Assembly: GCA_964016885.1 (NCBI GenBank)
Contig: OZ024740.1
Location: 230,144,001-230,208,000 of the forward strand
Direction: 5' to 3'
Source of the DNA: Eledone cirrhosa
Taxonomy: Eukaryota
DNA length: 64,000 nt
Below, piece after piece: positions 1-12,618 of this stretch (its first letter is position 1; each line of letters starts with the position of its first letter). The translations under genes were made by a program, and so were the position numbers. The notes beneath the pieces were generated by a model. The model did no database searches and was not told the origin of the DNA. It worked only from the letters and a program-made list of their open reading frames with translations.

Positions 1-500
1 AGCCATGAACATTCGTGGACAGCTTAATATGTCCCTATCCTTATTTCTAACTAGGAACATATCTAGGTACGACCTAGATGTTCCGCTGCGATTAGTCCAC
101 GTCCACAGTGGCACAGTCGGAAAATCTAGTCGATATCTATCGGCCAGATCAAATCGGCCGATTAACCGTTTGAGGCTGTTACACCCCCTCTATCGGAACA
201 TGCCCCTACATAGTCCCAACGTTCATCCAGGATACCATTCCAGTCCCCCACTAAAAGCAAGGAACAAGACGTTCCCAGAAAAGTCTCTAGGCGTTGGAAG
301 ATGTCCGGTTGCGGTGTCCCAGATGGGGCATACGCTGCCACCAGCCTGAAGGCGCCACCTTCACTACTGCCTACGTCTAGAACCATCAGTCGATCCTCCG
401 GGTCCAGGTGTACCTTCCGTGTTGCGAGGCCCAGGTGTTTTCGCAGCAGAACGACCACCCCGCCCTCACCCCCCGGCTGACAGAGAGATGCATAGATTTC
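1..500 (-). pseudogene. APE endonuclease part of ORF2, Tx1 copy A
   Basis: ORF 162..458: DPEDRLMVLDV, AYAP, VGDWN; nucleotide similarity to copy B 5335-5840. Confidence 0.85.
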
Positions 501-504
501 AAGA

Positions 505-2200
505 AGACGCGGTTGCTAGGTCTAGTACAGGGGTTCCCCACGTCCTCGGTAAAGTTCTGTTTGAGCATTGCGTAGGCGTCCCTTGGGACCCTAATCAGTT
601 TTAAATGTGGTTTAGTCGCCGCGTTGGTTAACATTTTCCCTTTGGTTTCCACCGAAGGGTCTTTGTCTATTGTTTGCACGAGTGTTTTGTTGTTTGTGTT
701 GATGTATGTATACTGTTTTTGTTGTGTTCTGTTTGTTTTTTATTATAGTTCTTGTGTGTTTGCGTTTTGTAGTATGTGTTATGTTTTCGGGAGAGGTGGG
801 TTTTTTTTGTTTGTGATGTTTGTTCTGTTTGTGCTGGTGGCTGTGTTTGTTGCATTTTTGTTAATGTGGTGCCTTCTTTTCTTTCTTTTTACAGGTTGAA
901 AGGGTTCTCCCTCATCGTCACTGGGTGACGTTGATAAGGGGTCTTTGTCCGTGTTGTTGGGGAGGCGTGTATTTTGGGGTTTTGTTGTGGTTGCTTTTGT
1001 ATTTGTTTTAGATGGGGAGGGGTTGGGTGGGACAGTGTCTTGTGTTGTTATTTTTTCGTGTTGTTGTTGTTGTGGTGGTGGTGGTGGTGATGGTGGTGGT
1101 GGTGGTTGTGTTGTTGTGTGTGGGGTGGGCAGAAACGTCTTTTTTTTTTGGGGGGGGGGGGGGTATTTAAAAGGGGACAGGAAGCCCCCAGGTGACCACT
1201 TCTTGAACAGTGGTAGCATGAAGGACGCCTGCTCTCAACAGAAATGTTTATGAAGGCGACTCCATCCAGGGACACACGCTGCGGTATTCTTGCTATCCGT
1301 TCTGGTCTCATTTGGACCAGAACTTCAAGGCTATTGCCGCCGAATACGCCCCCGGTGGATTCGCCTATCGAAAGGATTGTGTCTTCATCTTCTAAGAATC
1401 CTGTTAGCACCCACCAAATGCTCGCATTTGGCATGATGCCCGAGATTCTTATCTTTTGAGTTCTCTTCCCCAAATATGTGGGGAAAAAGGTGTATGCTTT
1501 GGATACAATTGGCGACACAGAATATTTCCGTGCCGCCAATTCATCTTGCATTAAAACAGATATGACAGTTTCCCTTTCTGTATGAAAGCGATATCCTTCC
1601 AGGCACTACTTAGGACCATCTCAATTTCGCTTTGGGACAATTGAGCCGGTTTCCTAGTCGTGTTCGAAACTGTCCTAAAAATTACAGTCCTTCGGGGGAG
1701 GTAATTGTGAATTCCCCATCTTCCCCGAAACTTACACAATTCCTTGCTACTTTCAGCAATTTCTTGGCATTCCAGATGTCCAGTGCCTTGTATGTCTGCG
1801 TTTCTCGAACCGCCTGTGCGAAGGAGACTGCAGCTGTGGGTCCGTTTTCTTTCGTGTTGTTATCATTGTTGTTGTTGTTGTTGTTATTCGTGTTGGCTTG
1901 CTTTTTTCCTTTGTTGGTGTTGTCATTATTGATGTTGTTGGTTGTGTTGTTATTGTCATTGTTGCTGTTGTTGGTTGTGTTGTTATTGTCATTGTTGTTC
2001 TTGTTTGTGTAATTGTTACTTTTGGAGTTTTCACCCATTTCCACAATTTTTTCTTTTGGTTCCGTGGTGTCTTTTGCGGGAGTAAGGAGGGAAGGCTTAC
2101 AGCGTTGTGCTGCTACCGTCTCTCTATCACTTTCCTTGGGGGGCGTGGCATGCGTCGTGTTAATGGCGTCCATTGTCACGAAACGACTTTTTATCGACAA
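505..2200 (-). pseudogene. ORF1 (gag-like nucleic-acid-binding protein with CCHC knuckle) of Tx1 copy A, frameshifted
   Basis: Track ORFs 1682..2200, 1551..1739, 1048..1551, 779..1219, 386..679 chain together; shares RRTVxFRTxSNT, WWxLxGF, QMRPERI, ISVE motifs with ORF1 of copy B. Confidence 0.8.
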
Positions 2201-2378
2201 CTTATAACTATTAAATTTCGCCCCAAAAAGGGGCGAAATTTATTTTACCCATCGTCTGCAGGCTCAGGCGAGGGGTTAAACACAACAAATAACAAATTAC
2301 TTAAACAGACCTACCGCTTCTCGTAATAAATTCCGACAAAATGCAGGAGCGAAACAAAAACACGTCTATCTTCTCCGA

Positions 2379-2401
2379 GATAGATAGATAGCTAGATAGA
2401 T
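2379..2401. repeat. (GATA)n spacer between Tx1 copies A and B
   Basis: gatagatagatagctagatagat. Confidence 0.9.
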
Positions 2402-2573
2402 TTATTTATTTGCCACAAGGGCGCACAAGAAAAGGGGACAATACAAAGACATGCCGGGGATTTTGCATACAGTCGTGTAAAAAATTGTTTAATACCTCGT
2501 CGATAGAACAACCCTCAACTTCAGGAGCGTGTTGTGCAAGTGCTCTTTTCTTCCTTTTGCACTCTTCTTTAAC

Positions 2574-5500
2574 CTACAGGCTTATAAACAGAGAAGGCAC
2601 AATCACTCGGGCCATTTTCGCTTCATTCACCCACCTTTCAATAAATTTACTGGGGTGCAGTGCCTCTCTCTCCACTCTGACTCTCCTTCTAAAGTGATAC
2701 TTAAAGAAGGGAATCAATTGTTGTCCAGAGAGAAAGGCATCTGTCCTCATTCCTCTCAATCTCGTCCACCATATAACTTCTTTCACCATAGCCACCGTAC
2801 AGAAGAAAACCGCCTCTCTTTCGTTTTTGAAAGAGGCTGGCGGTTTGATCCTTACTATAGACTCGGCAGTCAACTGGATTTGTCCCATACGCGACAGCAA
2901 TTGTTCTGCATAGATCCACAGGTCGGTTACGCCCGGGCAGTGTATAATTGCGTGCAGGACTGTTTCAATGTCCTGCGCGCATCTTGGACACGTCCTCTTG
3001 AAAGGATCCCTGCTGGGGCGTCCGTTCCTGTAAATCTTGTCACGAACCGGTAGAGGATCTCGGTAGCACTGCCAGACCAGGGACCTCTGGAAGTTGTCCA
3101 TGGGTCCCGGGCGGAAAGTCCTACCAAACGGACTGGTGAGTTCGTTGTCTTCGACGCCTAGAGTCTCTCCGTGCATGTCGTCGCCCTTGTGACGTACTAA
3201 GCCTCTATAGAATGTCGAAGTGGAGTCTCCACTGATTGCTGCGCCCGCTTGCCAGAGTAGTGTGAGCGCCTGAGCGCATTCAATGTGCCAGGCGCACGTC
3301 GTTTTGGGTCTTTTCTTGACCCAGGACTGCAGCTTCGTCAACGAAACAAGTTGTGGGAAAGCCTATCTCACAAACGGTGCCCACACCGGTTGGAGGTCGG
3401 TGAGGAATACCTGGAGATGCCGCAGCCTCAGCGCATGTTTTCGCATCATCAACCACGGCATTCCCAGCCCTCCGTCGGAAGGGTGCTGACAGCAGACGGA
3501 TCTCCTCACCAGCGGAGCCTGCTTCTTCCACGAAACTGGAAGAGCATACGTTCCATCTTGGCGAGTTGTTCACGGGGACAAGACACAACAGTCAAGCGGT
3601 AGTAGATGACGGAGGCTATGAAAGTGTTCGCCACCTCCGCTCGACCTTTCAAGGACAGATTGCACTCTACCCACTACTGGGTGAGCACCAATACCTTGGC
3701 GGTGACCTCGTTCCAGTTTTTCTCCACCTGGAGGTCTGGACCGAACCAGACCCCGAGCAATTTCACCGGTCCGTCCGTCTAGCGTCCAACGACGTCATCG
3801 GTTTGCCTCTCCACATACCGAGTTGCAAACCGACAGACTTGTCCGGGTTTAGTTTTGCTACTGTCAGCGTTTCGAATTCTTTCAGTAAATTGCCGATCAC
3901 CCCGGTTTCCGAGGTACTCGACACCATTACCGTCACGTCGTCGGCATAAGCCGACGCCGCTTTGCGCAGTCCCTGTTCTAGAGGGATGCCCTGCAACACC
4001 TCCAGTTTCCGCAGTAGTGGCTCTAGAGTCAATACATACAGAATGGAGGAGAGAGGGCACCCCTGTCGAATGGAACGCGTGATTGCGAACGGCTCCGATA
4101 GGTAGCCGTTCACCTTGACCCTCGAGCAGATGCTGGTGTGCATCGCCTCGATCCAACCTCTGAAAATAGGACCGAAACCGGCCGCCTTGAGAACCGCTTC
4201 CAAGTATCGTTGGTCGACCCTATCGAATGCTTTAGACTGATCCAAATTGATCAGAGCCCCACCGAAGCCGGGTTTACTACCCACCCTCTCTATGATGTAT
4301 CGCATGAGGTGGAGGTTTTCGTGTATGAACCTGGTTGGGATTGCACACATTTGCGCTTTCCCTACCAGGTTCTCGACGACAAACGCCAACCTCGTCGCTA
4401 GCATCTTGGCCAAAATATTTAACTCTGTGTTGAGCAGAGTTATGGGCCTGAAGTTGTTAATTCCGTCCCCCTTGTTCTCGTCTTTCTTGATCAGCGTTAC
4501 TACGCCCTTGCCTGCAGAACTGGGAATTCTCCCGTTCTGCTGCCAATTGCAGTAGACGGCTTCGAGGACGCCAGCGAACAAGTCCGGCATGCCTATATAA
4601 AACTCATAGGGTAGACCATCTAGATATGGTTACTTGCGTTTTCCGCAGTGGCCCAGAGCGTCCCCTATCTCAGTGTCCGTGATTGGTCTTTCGCAGAACT
4701 CGGCGTCCGTGTTCGAGAGACGCGGCAGGCCGTCGAGGTATGAACTAAAGTCCATTACCCCGTTCGGCTCACCGTCGTTCTGCTCAAACAGTCGCGCAAA
4801 GTGCTTCTGAAAGGCCGCGCACATTTGCTTGGAGTCAATAGCACGCGTCCGTTTTGGTCTTTCAAAGACCGAATCGTGGACTTATTGCCACTTTTTGCCT
4901 CCGCCACTCGGACCCAGCTGACAGCTTTCGCTCCTTCGTTTCCTAGAGCACGTGTTGTGCTTCTGACCACGCAGCCTTCGTGTTTCGCGTCGAAGAACTG
5001 GTCCAGTGCCGTTCTCGACGCTAGCACTCTAGCCTCGTTGCCACTTCTAAGTGCCTCCTCTACCTTGGCTACTAGTTCTCTTTTTATTTTATTTTTCTCT
5101 AAGGCTAACTCTCTGCTAAACTCTATCGATTCTACTCTAATTGCTTTCTTGAGAGAGTACCAGCATCTATTGTTGACGATGGCTCCCGTTAACTATTGCT
5201 TGACTAGTCTAGTTATCCGTTCACTATAAGCTTTACGTGCCGGCAACGACACGTTCAGCTTCCAGTATCCGGGTCCCTCTCTATGTATTATATCACGGTT
5301 GACTAAGCAGACGACTAATTTGTGATCTGAGTAGGCAACCATGTGCATTCGTGGGCAGCTTAACATCTCCTTGTCCCTTTCTCTAATGAAGAACCTATCT
5401 AAATACGATCTAGATATCCCGCTGCGGTTTGCCCACATCCACTGTGGTGCAGTCGGGAAATCCAGTCGATAGCTATCGGCCAGTTGGAATTGACCGATTA

Positions 5501-6008
5501 AAGTTTTGAACCTGTTGCACCCCCGCCCCTCTACTGGGACATGCTCCCACTTAGTCCTATCGCACATCTAGGATACCATTCCAGTCCCCCACTAAAAGTA
5601 AGGAGCGAGATGTTCCCAGAAAAGACTCTAGACGCTTAAAGAAGTCTGGCCGTGATTGCGATTGCTATAAACGGCCACCAGTCTGAAGGCTCCACCTCCA
5701 ATACTGTTCACGTCTAGGACTACCAGTCTACCCTCCGGGTCCAAGTGTACTTGCTGTACTTCGACGTTCTAGTTCTTCCGAAACATGACAGTCACTCCCC
5801 CCCCCCCCCCACCTCCTGGCTAACAGAGAGATGCGTAGATCTAAAAGTCGTCGAAGATGGGATTTAGTTGCTGCCTGTTGTGGATACTGGACTCGGTGAT
5901 GGCTATCATATCCATACCGTGTGACATAAGGTCGTTTAAAAGTTGATCCTGTTTCCAGGGCATCCCTAGGCCACGCACATTCACGCTTCTAACTCGTAAA
6001 CTAGCCAT
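2574..6008 (-). pseudogene. ORF2 (APE endonuclease + reverse transcriptase + C-terminal CCHC) of Tx1 copy B, with stops and frameshifts
   Basis: Starts MASLRVRSVNVRGL at 6008; SYLDRF and YSDHK (APE); FRPITLLN, LDQSKAFDRV, RQGCPLS, AYADD (RT); CPRC...ETVLHAIIHC. Confidence 0.92.
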
Positions 6009-7979
6009 ATTGGTGAAGAAGACTTGGCGAAAAGGACGAAAAGGTGCACTTACCTTTTCGTTTCCTGGAGATCGGGTTGTTCAATCTCCATTTCAGTTGT
6101 GGTGGGGGTGATGGGTGAGATGGGGAACATTTTAATAGGACGCGGTTAATAGGTTTATGACAGGGGTTGCCAACATACTGCGAAAACTGTTTTTTCAATT
6201 TCTGATAGGTTTCTATCCAAACCCTTATTAGTTTTAGGTGTGGAGACGATTCTGCTTTGACGAAAGTTTTGCCCTCCGTCTCCACCTTGGGGTTTTGGGA
6301 GATGACCTCCATCAAACTCTTGTTGTTTGTGTTGATGTATGCGTATTGTTGTTTGTGTTTTTGTTGTGTTGTGTTAGTTTGTTGTTCGTCCGGGAGTTTT
6401 CTTTTTATGGTGGGTGCTTGTGTTTGGGGTGGTGTTGGTGTTTGTTTTGCTGATAGGGGGATGTTTGACTGTGGTGTTGTTTGTGTTGTTGTTTGTGTCT
6501 GTGGTTGTGTGTTGGTGTTGGTGATTGGAGTTTTGGGGGTTTTGTGGTGTCTCTTTTTTGTTTTTTTGATTTCCGCTGCTCTCCCTCTTCTTCACTTAAA
6601 GGAGAAGCAGCTTCATCAGTCGATGAATAATCATCGTCAGGTGTGTGGGGTAGGGGTATGTTGTGTGGTGGTGGTGTTTCGGTGTGTCTGTTTGTGGTAG
6701 TGTTTGATGGAGTGGGATGGGTGCGGCTGTGTTCTTCAGGGGTGTTGTCTCTGTTTTTTCTGTTGTTGTTGGTTGAGTGTCTGTTTGTTTTGGTGTGGTT
6801 GCTCGTTTCGTCTGTCGTTGTACTTGTGGTGGTGGTGGTTGTTTTGGTGTTGGTAATAGTGTTTTTTTAATGATGTTGTTGTTGTGTGTTTGTGAAGGAC
6901 CAGAGGCTTTTAGGTGTGCTGTGCTACCACAGCAAAAGCAATGAAATTTTCGTCCTTCTACCGAAATGTTTATTTTGTTGTTATCATCGATGACGACTCT
7001 TTCGGGTATTTTGGAGATTCTCTCCGGCCTCATTTGCAACAGAATCTCCAAATCAGTACCCGCCCACCTTTGTCGAATAGACTTTCGTATCGAAAGAATC
7101 ATATCAGTTTCTGGCTCTATGAAGCCAGCCAAGATCCACCAGATGTTAATGTTTGGTGGTATATTTATTTTTTTTATTTTTTGTGTCCTTTTTCCCATGT
7201 ACGTAGGGAAAACGGTGAATGCTTTTTCACACCATTGGTGTCACAGAGTGTTTTTGGGTGAGTGCCTCGCTTTTAAACAGTACGGAAACACTTCCGTACT
7301 GTGTTCCTCGTTGGAGAAAGTAAATATTTGCTAGCGTCTCCTTGAAAGTGGCTTCTATATCTCCTTGACTAACAAATATAGGCTTTCTCTTTGTGTTGGA
7401 GATAGTCCTAAAGGTTACTGTCCTACGAACTGTCTCTTCTTTTATTTCGAGGTGTGAGTTAATTCTAAACCCACCTTTGTCTTCGAAAGTTACAAATTTT
7501 CTCCCTTGCTGGAGCATATCTCTTGCATTGGAGATGTCAAGATTTATAAAATCTTGTTTTTTGTTCACTGTTTCAGCGAAAGTCATTTTTTTTGTGTGTG
7601 TGGTGTTGCTGTTGTTGTAGTTGTTGCTATCGTTGCTGTTGTTGTTGTTGTTGTTAGCCTCGGTGTTGGAAATCTCAATTTCTTGACGAGGTGAAACTTT
7701 ATGTGTAGATATATCTTTGGAGTTGTTGATGTTGTCTTTTTCATGTGTATGTATGTTAATAGGTTTAATTCCTGTGTTTTTCTGTGTGTTATTGTTATTT
7801 TTCTCCGCTTCGACGGTAGAAATTTTAAAATCTTCAAGTGGTAATATTTTGTCCTCTTTGTTGACAGTCGTATCTATGGCGACGTCCATAGTAGCAGAAG
7901 CAGATATAACGTTAATATCTGCCTCTCTATCTCTCTTCTCTCTGTCGACGTTCTCTAGCGTTTTTTCCGAGCTATTCAT
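6001..7979 (-). pseudogene. ORF1 of Tx1 copy B, frameshifted
   Basis: Track ORFs 7227..7979, 6596..7198 (degenerate knuckle CFCCGSTAHLKAS) and 6001..6315; homologous to copy A ORF1. Confidence 0.8.
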
Positions 7980-8171
7980 GTTTTATAGTTGGCAAAATTT
8001 GATATTTTAAAACAAATTTTAAATTAAATTTTCGAAAAATGGTATTACCACCCAGCTGACAATTCAGCTTGGGGTTAATCTACAAAATGACCTGTTTTTT
8101 CAAACAATTAATTCGGTTTTTTGCATAGAAATTAACAAAAAAGCTTACCGGCGATGTTCCGCACGTCAGGC

Positions 8172-8172
<1 letters not shown>

Positions 8173-8236
<64 letters not shown>
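8173..8236. repeat. (GATA)n spacer between Tx1 copies B and C
   Basis: About 16 perfect GATA units. Confidence 0.95.
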
Positions 8237-9667
8237 TATTTCTTTATTAGCCACAGGGGCACAAAAGAAGGGGACAAATACAAAGGGGGAAGTTTACATA
8301 CAATAAAAACGTGTAAAATGTTATCACAGATGGAATTTAAAAGTTAGTCGATTTTCCCCAATAGAGGGAGACAGTTTATATGGGTAACACAGACCCCCGA
8401 AAAAAATGTGCAACCCTCATCTCCAGGAGTACGAAGAGCTTGTACTCCTTTCCTCTCCTCCTTCTTTTCCTCAACCTACAGGCTGATATAGAGAGAAGGC
8501 CCATTCACTCGGGCCATTCTCGCCACTTTCACCCACCTTTCATAAAACTTGCTGGGGTACAGCACCTCTCTCTCCATCCTGATTCTTCTTCCAAAGTGGT
8601 ATTTGAAAAAAAGAATCAGTTGTTGGCCGGAGAGAAAGGTGTCTGACCTCAGCCCTTTCAACCTTGTCCACCATACAACCTCTTTCGCCATAGCTATCAC
8701 ACAAAGGAAAACCGCCTCTCCTTCGTTTTTGAAGGAGGGTGGCGGTTTGATCATGACAATGGACTCGGTGGTCAACTGGATTGGTCCCACCCGCGACAAT
8801 AGTCGTTCTACATAGCCCCACAGGTCAGTGACGCCCGGGCAGTGTATGAATGCGTGCGCGACGGTTTCTTCGTCTCGCACGCACCTCGGACAGATCTTTT
8901 TTGCAGGGTCCCTGCCCGGGCGCCCATGTCTGTAGAGCTTGTCTCGAACTGGTAGAGCTCCTCGGTAGCACTGCCAGGCCAGGGACTTTTGGAAGTTGTC
9001 CATCGGTCCCGGGCGGAAGGTCCTACCGAACAGACTGGCCAGTTCATCTTCCTCCACGCCTAGAGTTTCACCGAGCGCGTCGTCGCACTTGCTGCGGACC
9101 AACCCTCTATAGAATGACGAAGTGGAGTCTCCACTGATCGCTTGGTCCGCCTGCCAGAGGGCTGTGAGCGCCTGAGCACATTCGATGTGCCAGTCGCCCA
9201 TTTTCCTCGGTCTCTGCTTGACCCAGGACTGCAGCTCGGTCAGCGAGACGAGTCGTGGGAAGGCTCGCCTCACGAACGGGGCCCACACCGGTTGTCCGGT
9301 GAGGAATACGTAGAGATGCCGCAGCCTGAGCGCGTGTTTGCGCATCGTCAACCACGGCATCCCCAGCCCTCCGTTAGAAGGGTGTTGGCAGCAGATGGAT
9401 CTTCTTACCAAAGGAGCCCGCCTCTTCCAAAGGAATCGGAAGAGGGCGCGCTCCATTTTGGCGAGCGTTTTGGCTGGACAAGGCACGACGGTCAAGCGGT
9501 AGTAGATGGCGGACGCTATAAAAGTGTTCGCCACCTCCGCTCGACCTTTCAAGGATAGTTTGCACTCGGCCCACTTCTGGGTGAGTGCAAACACCTTGGC
9601 CGTCACCTCGTTCCAGTTCTTCTCCACCTGGAGGTCCGGACCAAACCAGACCCCGAGCAGCTTTACC
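8237..9667 (-). mobile_element. 5'-truncated Tx1/L1-clade element, copy C (3' end of ORF2 + 3' UTR)
   Basis: Open ORF 8476..9627 homologous to copy B C-terminus (LSLKGRAEVAN, NGGLGMP, CPRC...ETVAHAFIHC); 3' end similar to copy B. Confidence 0.92.
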
Positions 9668-9699
<32 letters not shown>

Positions 9700-9700
9700 T
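9668..9700. repeat. (GATA)n at the 5' truncation point of Tx1 copy C
   Basis: gatagatagat... directly abutting the truncated RT sequence. Confidence 0.9.
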
Positions 9701-9709
9701 AGATATATC

Positions 9710-9980
9710 TACTCTCGGGTCTCAAATAATCGCCTCCACCCACCCGCTTATTAAATTAGTCTATACAATTAATTTTCTTTATCCATTAAAAAACATTTTA
9801 CATTTCAAAAAAGTACATCACTAGCAATCATGCGTTATAAAATAAACTAAACGACTAATTCTGGTTTTTAAAAAATCAGTTGTGACAACCTAGAAAAATC
9901 AACGATTTTTCCAACCACCCCAGGTATCCTCCTACCCCACCTCGCCCTCTAAACGCCCTGTTATTTGGGACCCGAGAGTA
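9710..9980. mobile_element. MITE (non-autonomous DNA transposon)
   Basis: TIRs tactctcgggtctcaaataa / ttatttgggacccgagagta. Confidence 0.75.
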
Positions 9981-11359
9981 ATTGGGGATAGAGTGGAGGA
10001 TGGAACCCAGTGAGTATATGAATATATTGATTTATATTAACACAGATTATTGGAATCAATGAGAACATTACGTATATGTTAAAGTGATGCCAATAAGCGA
10101 AGGATCGAAGACTGCTGTGTGGCATATAACAGTCTGGCCTTTATTGACCTATTTGTGTATTTTGCTATTGATAACCAGCATTGGAGGGAAGTAGAGAAAC
10201 AAAACAGTTTAAAGTGATTCCAATAAGCGAAGGCCTTTATTTAGCGATATATGAATTTATATATTTATTTATTTATTTGTTTATTTATATATTTATTTTG
10301 TTATTTATTTATTTGTTTATTTATGTTTTTATTTTGTTATTTACTTATTTATTTATTTATTTATTTTGTTATTTATTTATTTATTTGTTTACTTATTTAT
10401 TTATTTATTTTGTTATTTTGTTATTTATTTATTTATTTTGTTATTGATAACCGCCATTGGAGGGAAGTAGAAAAACAAAATAGTTTAATATCATTTTAGC
10501 AAATTCCGATGATGCAAAACTGAAGCAATTCTTAGTCAAGCAATAGAGCGGAAATAACACCACCGTTCACAATGGTTATGTATGGATTTGGATGGCGGTG
10601 GTGGTTGTGGTGGTGGTGGTGGTGGTGGTGGTGGACGTGGTGGTGTGTTGGTAGTGGTGACGGTGGTGGTGGTGGTGACAGTGGTTGTTGTTGTTGTGCT
10701 GGTGGTGGTGTTGGTGGTGATGGTAAGGGTGGCAGCGGTGGCTGTGGTAACGGTGGTGGCAGTTTGATGGCAGGAGATAATGGTGTTGGTGTGGGTGGCG
10801 TAAGTATGTGTACATGTGGACAACACCATACAAAACTTATTAAAATAAATGTGTTACATCATGTCTGAAAAAAGCTAACTTTTCTCCTGAAATAAATAAC
10901 CATGATTAACAATGGCAGAGAGTCACAAGGTATGTAGTCGATAATTCTATAATCAATCAGTTTCCGTAACTAATGCAGCCAGTCGTTGGGTTACCACTCT
11001 AGACATTTGACTGTATACCCATCTTAGCATGTTAGTGAGCCTTCGAAATGTTTGGCGACGTCCATTTCCTCTCCAATATAGTCGATAATATCGACCGTAA
11101 TATTTGGTTGGTCCCTTTTATTATCCCCACCTCCCTCCAGAAGGCACTGGGATTTGACCCTCTCCCTCCAGAAAGCGAAGAAATTTGACCTCCGGAAAGC
11201 AAAAAAATGTGTCTCCCAGATTACAAACAAAGTTGACCTCAAGATTGCAAATATAGTTGACCCCGGTGGGATTTGAACGTAGATCGAAAAAGAACCTAAT
11301 TGAATACAACAGGACATTTTGTGCAAGTATCTATCAAATCTGACGACCTTATGTAATAT

Positions 11360-11760
11360 TACACAAGGCGAAGACACTGAAATTAGAGAATTAGATATGC
11401 GTCATCCATACAAATACCTAGGAAGAGAGGAAACAGATAAAATACAGCATTATGGAATGAAAAAGTAAATTAGAAAAGAATACTACAGAAGAGTTAGACT
11501 AACATTAAAAATTAGACTCAATGCTAGAAATAAGATAATGTGCATAAATATGCTGACCATACCAGTTATAAACTTTAGCTTCAATATGATAAACTAGAAG
11601 CTAAGTGAGCTGAAAACGTTTAGATATGAAAAATCAAGAAACTACTAACAACGTACCGAAGTCATCACTCGCAAAGCAAACATACTTTTCCCGCACGCAA
11701 GGACAGCAGGGTCTGACACAAACAGAACACTATACCAAAATAACAACAATTGAACAGGAA
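11360..11760 (+). pseudogene. Degenerate R4/Dong-like RT fragment
   Basis: Manual translation IRELDMRHPYKYLG...K*IRKEYYRRVRLTLKIRLNARNKIMCINMLTIPVI, paralleling YRYLG...EYLRRVKKIWSSELS of the 62.5-64 kb copy. Confidence 0.7.
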
Positions 11761-12032
11761 AATATAATTTATTTGCAGTGAGTAGAAGTGAAAACCTCAA
11801 CTTGCATTAAATAGTAATTAAATTTCCCTCAATTTCTATAATTTCTTCAAAAATTGGGAAGAATGACACACTAGATAATACTGTCGGGAATATATTATAC
11901 TTGCTGTGGTGTACCTCCATCGGTTTCGACGATGAGTATTCCAGTTGTTCGATTAACGGAATAGCCTACTCATGAAATTAACGACTAAGTGGTTGAGCAT
12001 TCAACAAAGTCGTAATTTTCAGTCTGAGAAAG

Positions 12033-12186
12033 ACGGAGAATTGGTAGAGTTGTAACGGTATCGGATTAAATGCTTGGTATTTGTTCGGCTTACAACTCTC
12101 AGGGTTCGAATCACTCTAAAGTTTACTTTGCCTTTCAACCTTTCGAGGCCAATAAATAAAGTACCAGTCCAGTACTGGGGTCAATT
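12033..12186 (+). mobile_element. Old tRNA-derived SINE copy
   Basis: B-box ggttcgaatc followed by actttgcctttcaacctttcgaggccaataaataaagtaccag, related to the younger SINE core. Confidence 0.6.
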
Positions 12187-12215
12187 CCTCTTCTCTCTCT
12201 CTCTCCCTCTCTCTC

Positions 12216-12321
<106 letters not shown>

Positions 12322-12412
12322 TGTAATAAACAACATAAGGCAATTATTAAGCTCTGTTACCTACATAGAGCACTCTTTTTTCCTGGACTTTTCCGACGGA
12401 ATTACTTCATTT

Positions 12413-12457
<45 letters not shown>

Positions 12458-12460
<3 letters not shown>

Positions 12461-12571
12461 AAAAGGTAAACAGAAATAGCAACACAATCGGTACAGTATA
12501 TGGAAGGGATATATTAGGTTAACGCTTGATATACCAGGAAGAGGGTATCTTTATCTATTTCTCTCCCACTC

Positions 12572-12618
<47 letters not shown>

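Larger units (their letters stand above)
1..2378 (-). mobile_element. Tx1/L1-clade non-LTR retrotransposon, copy A (5' UTR, ORF1, start of ORF2; continues past window start)
   Basis: ORF1 fragments with CCHC knuckle (CYHCSRSGHLGASC), followed by APE endonuclease motifs (FRLVAAYAP, LLVGDWNGIL); colinear with copy B. Confidence 0.9.
2402..8171 (-). mobile_element. Near full-length Tx1/L1-clade non-LTR retrotransposon, copy B (~5.8 kb, decayed)
   Basis: 5' UTR, ORF1, ORF2 (APE-RT-Zn finger), 3' UTR ending in AATAAA, then (TCTA)n. Confidence 0.93.
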
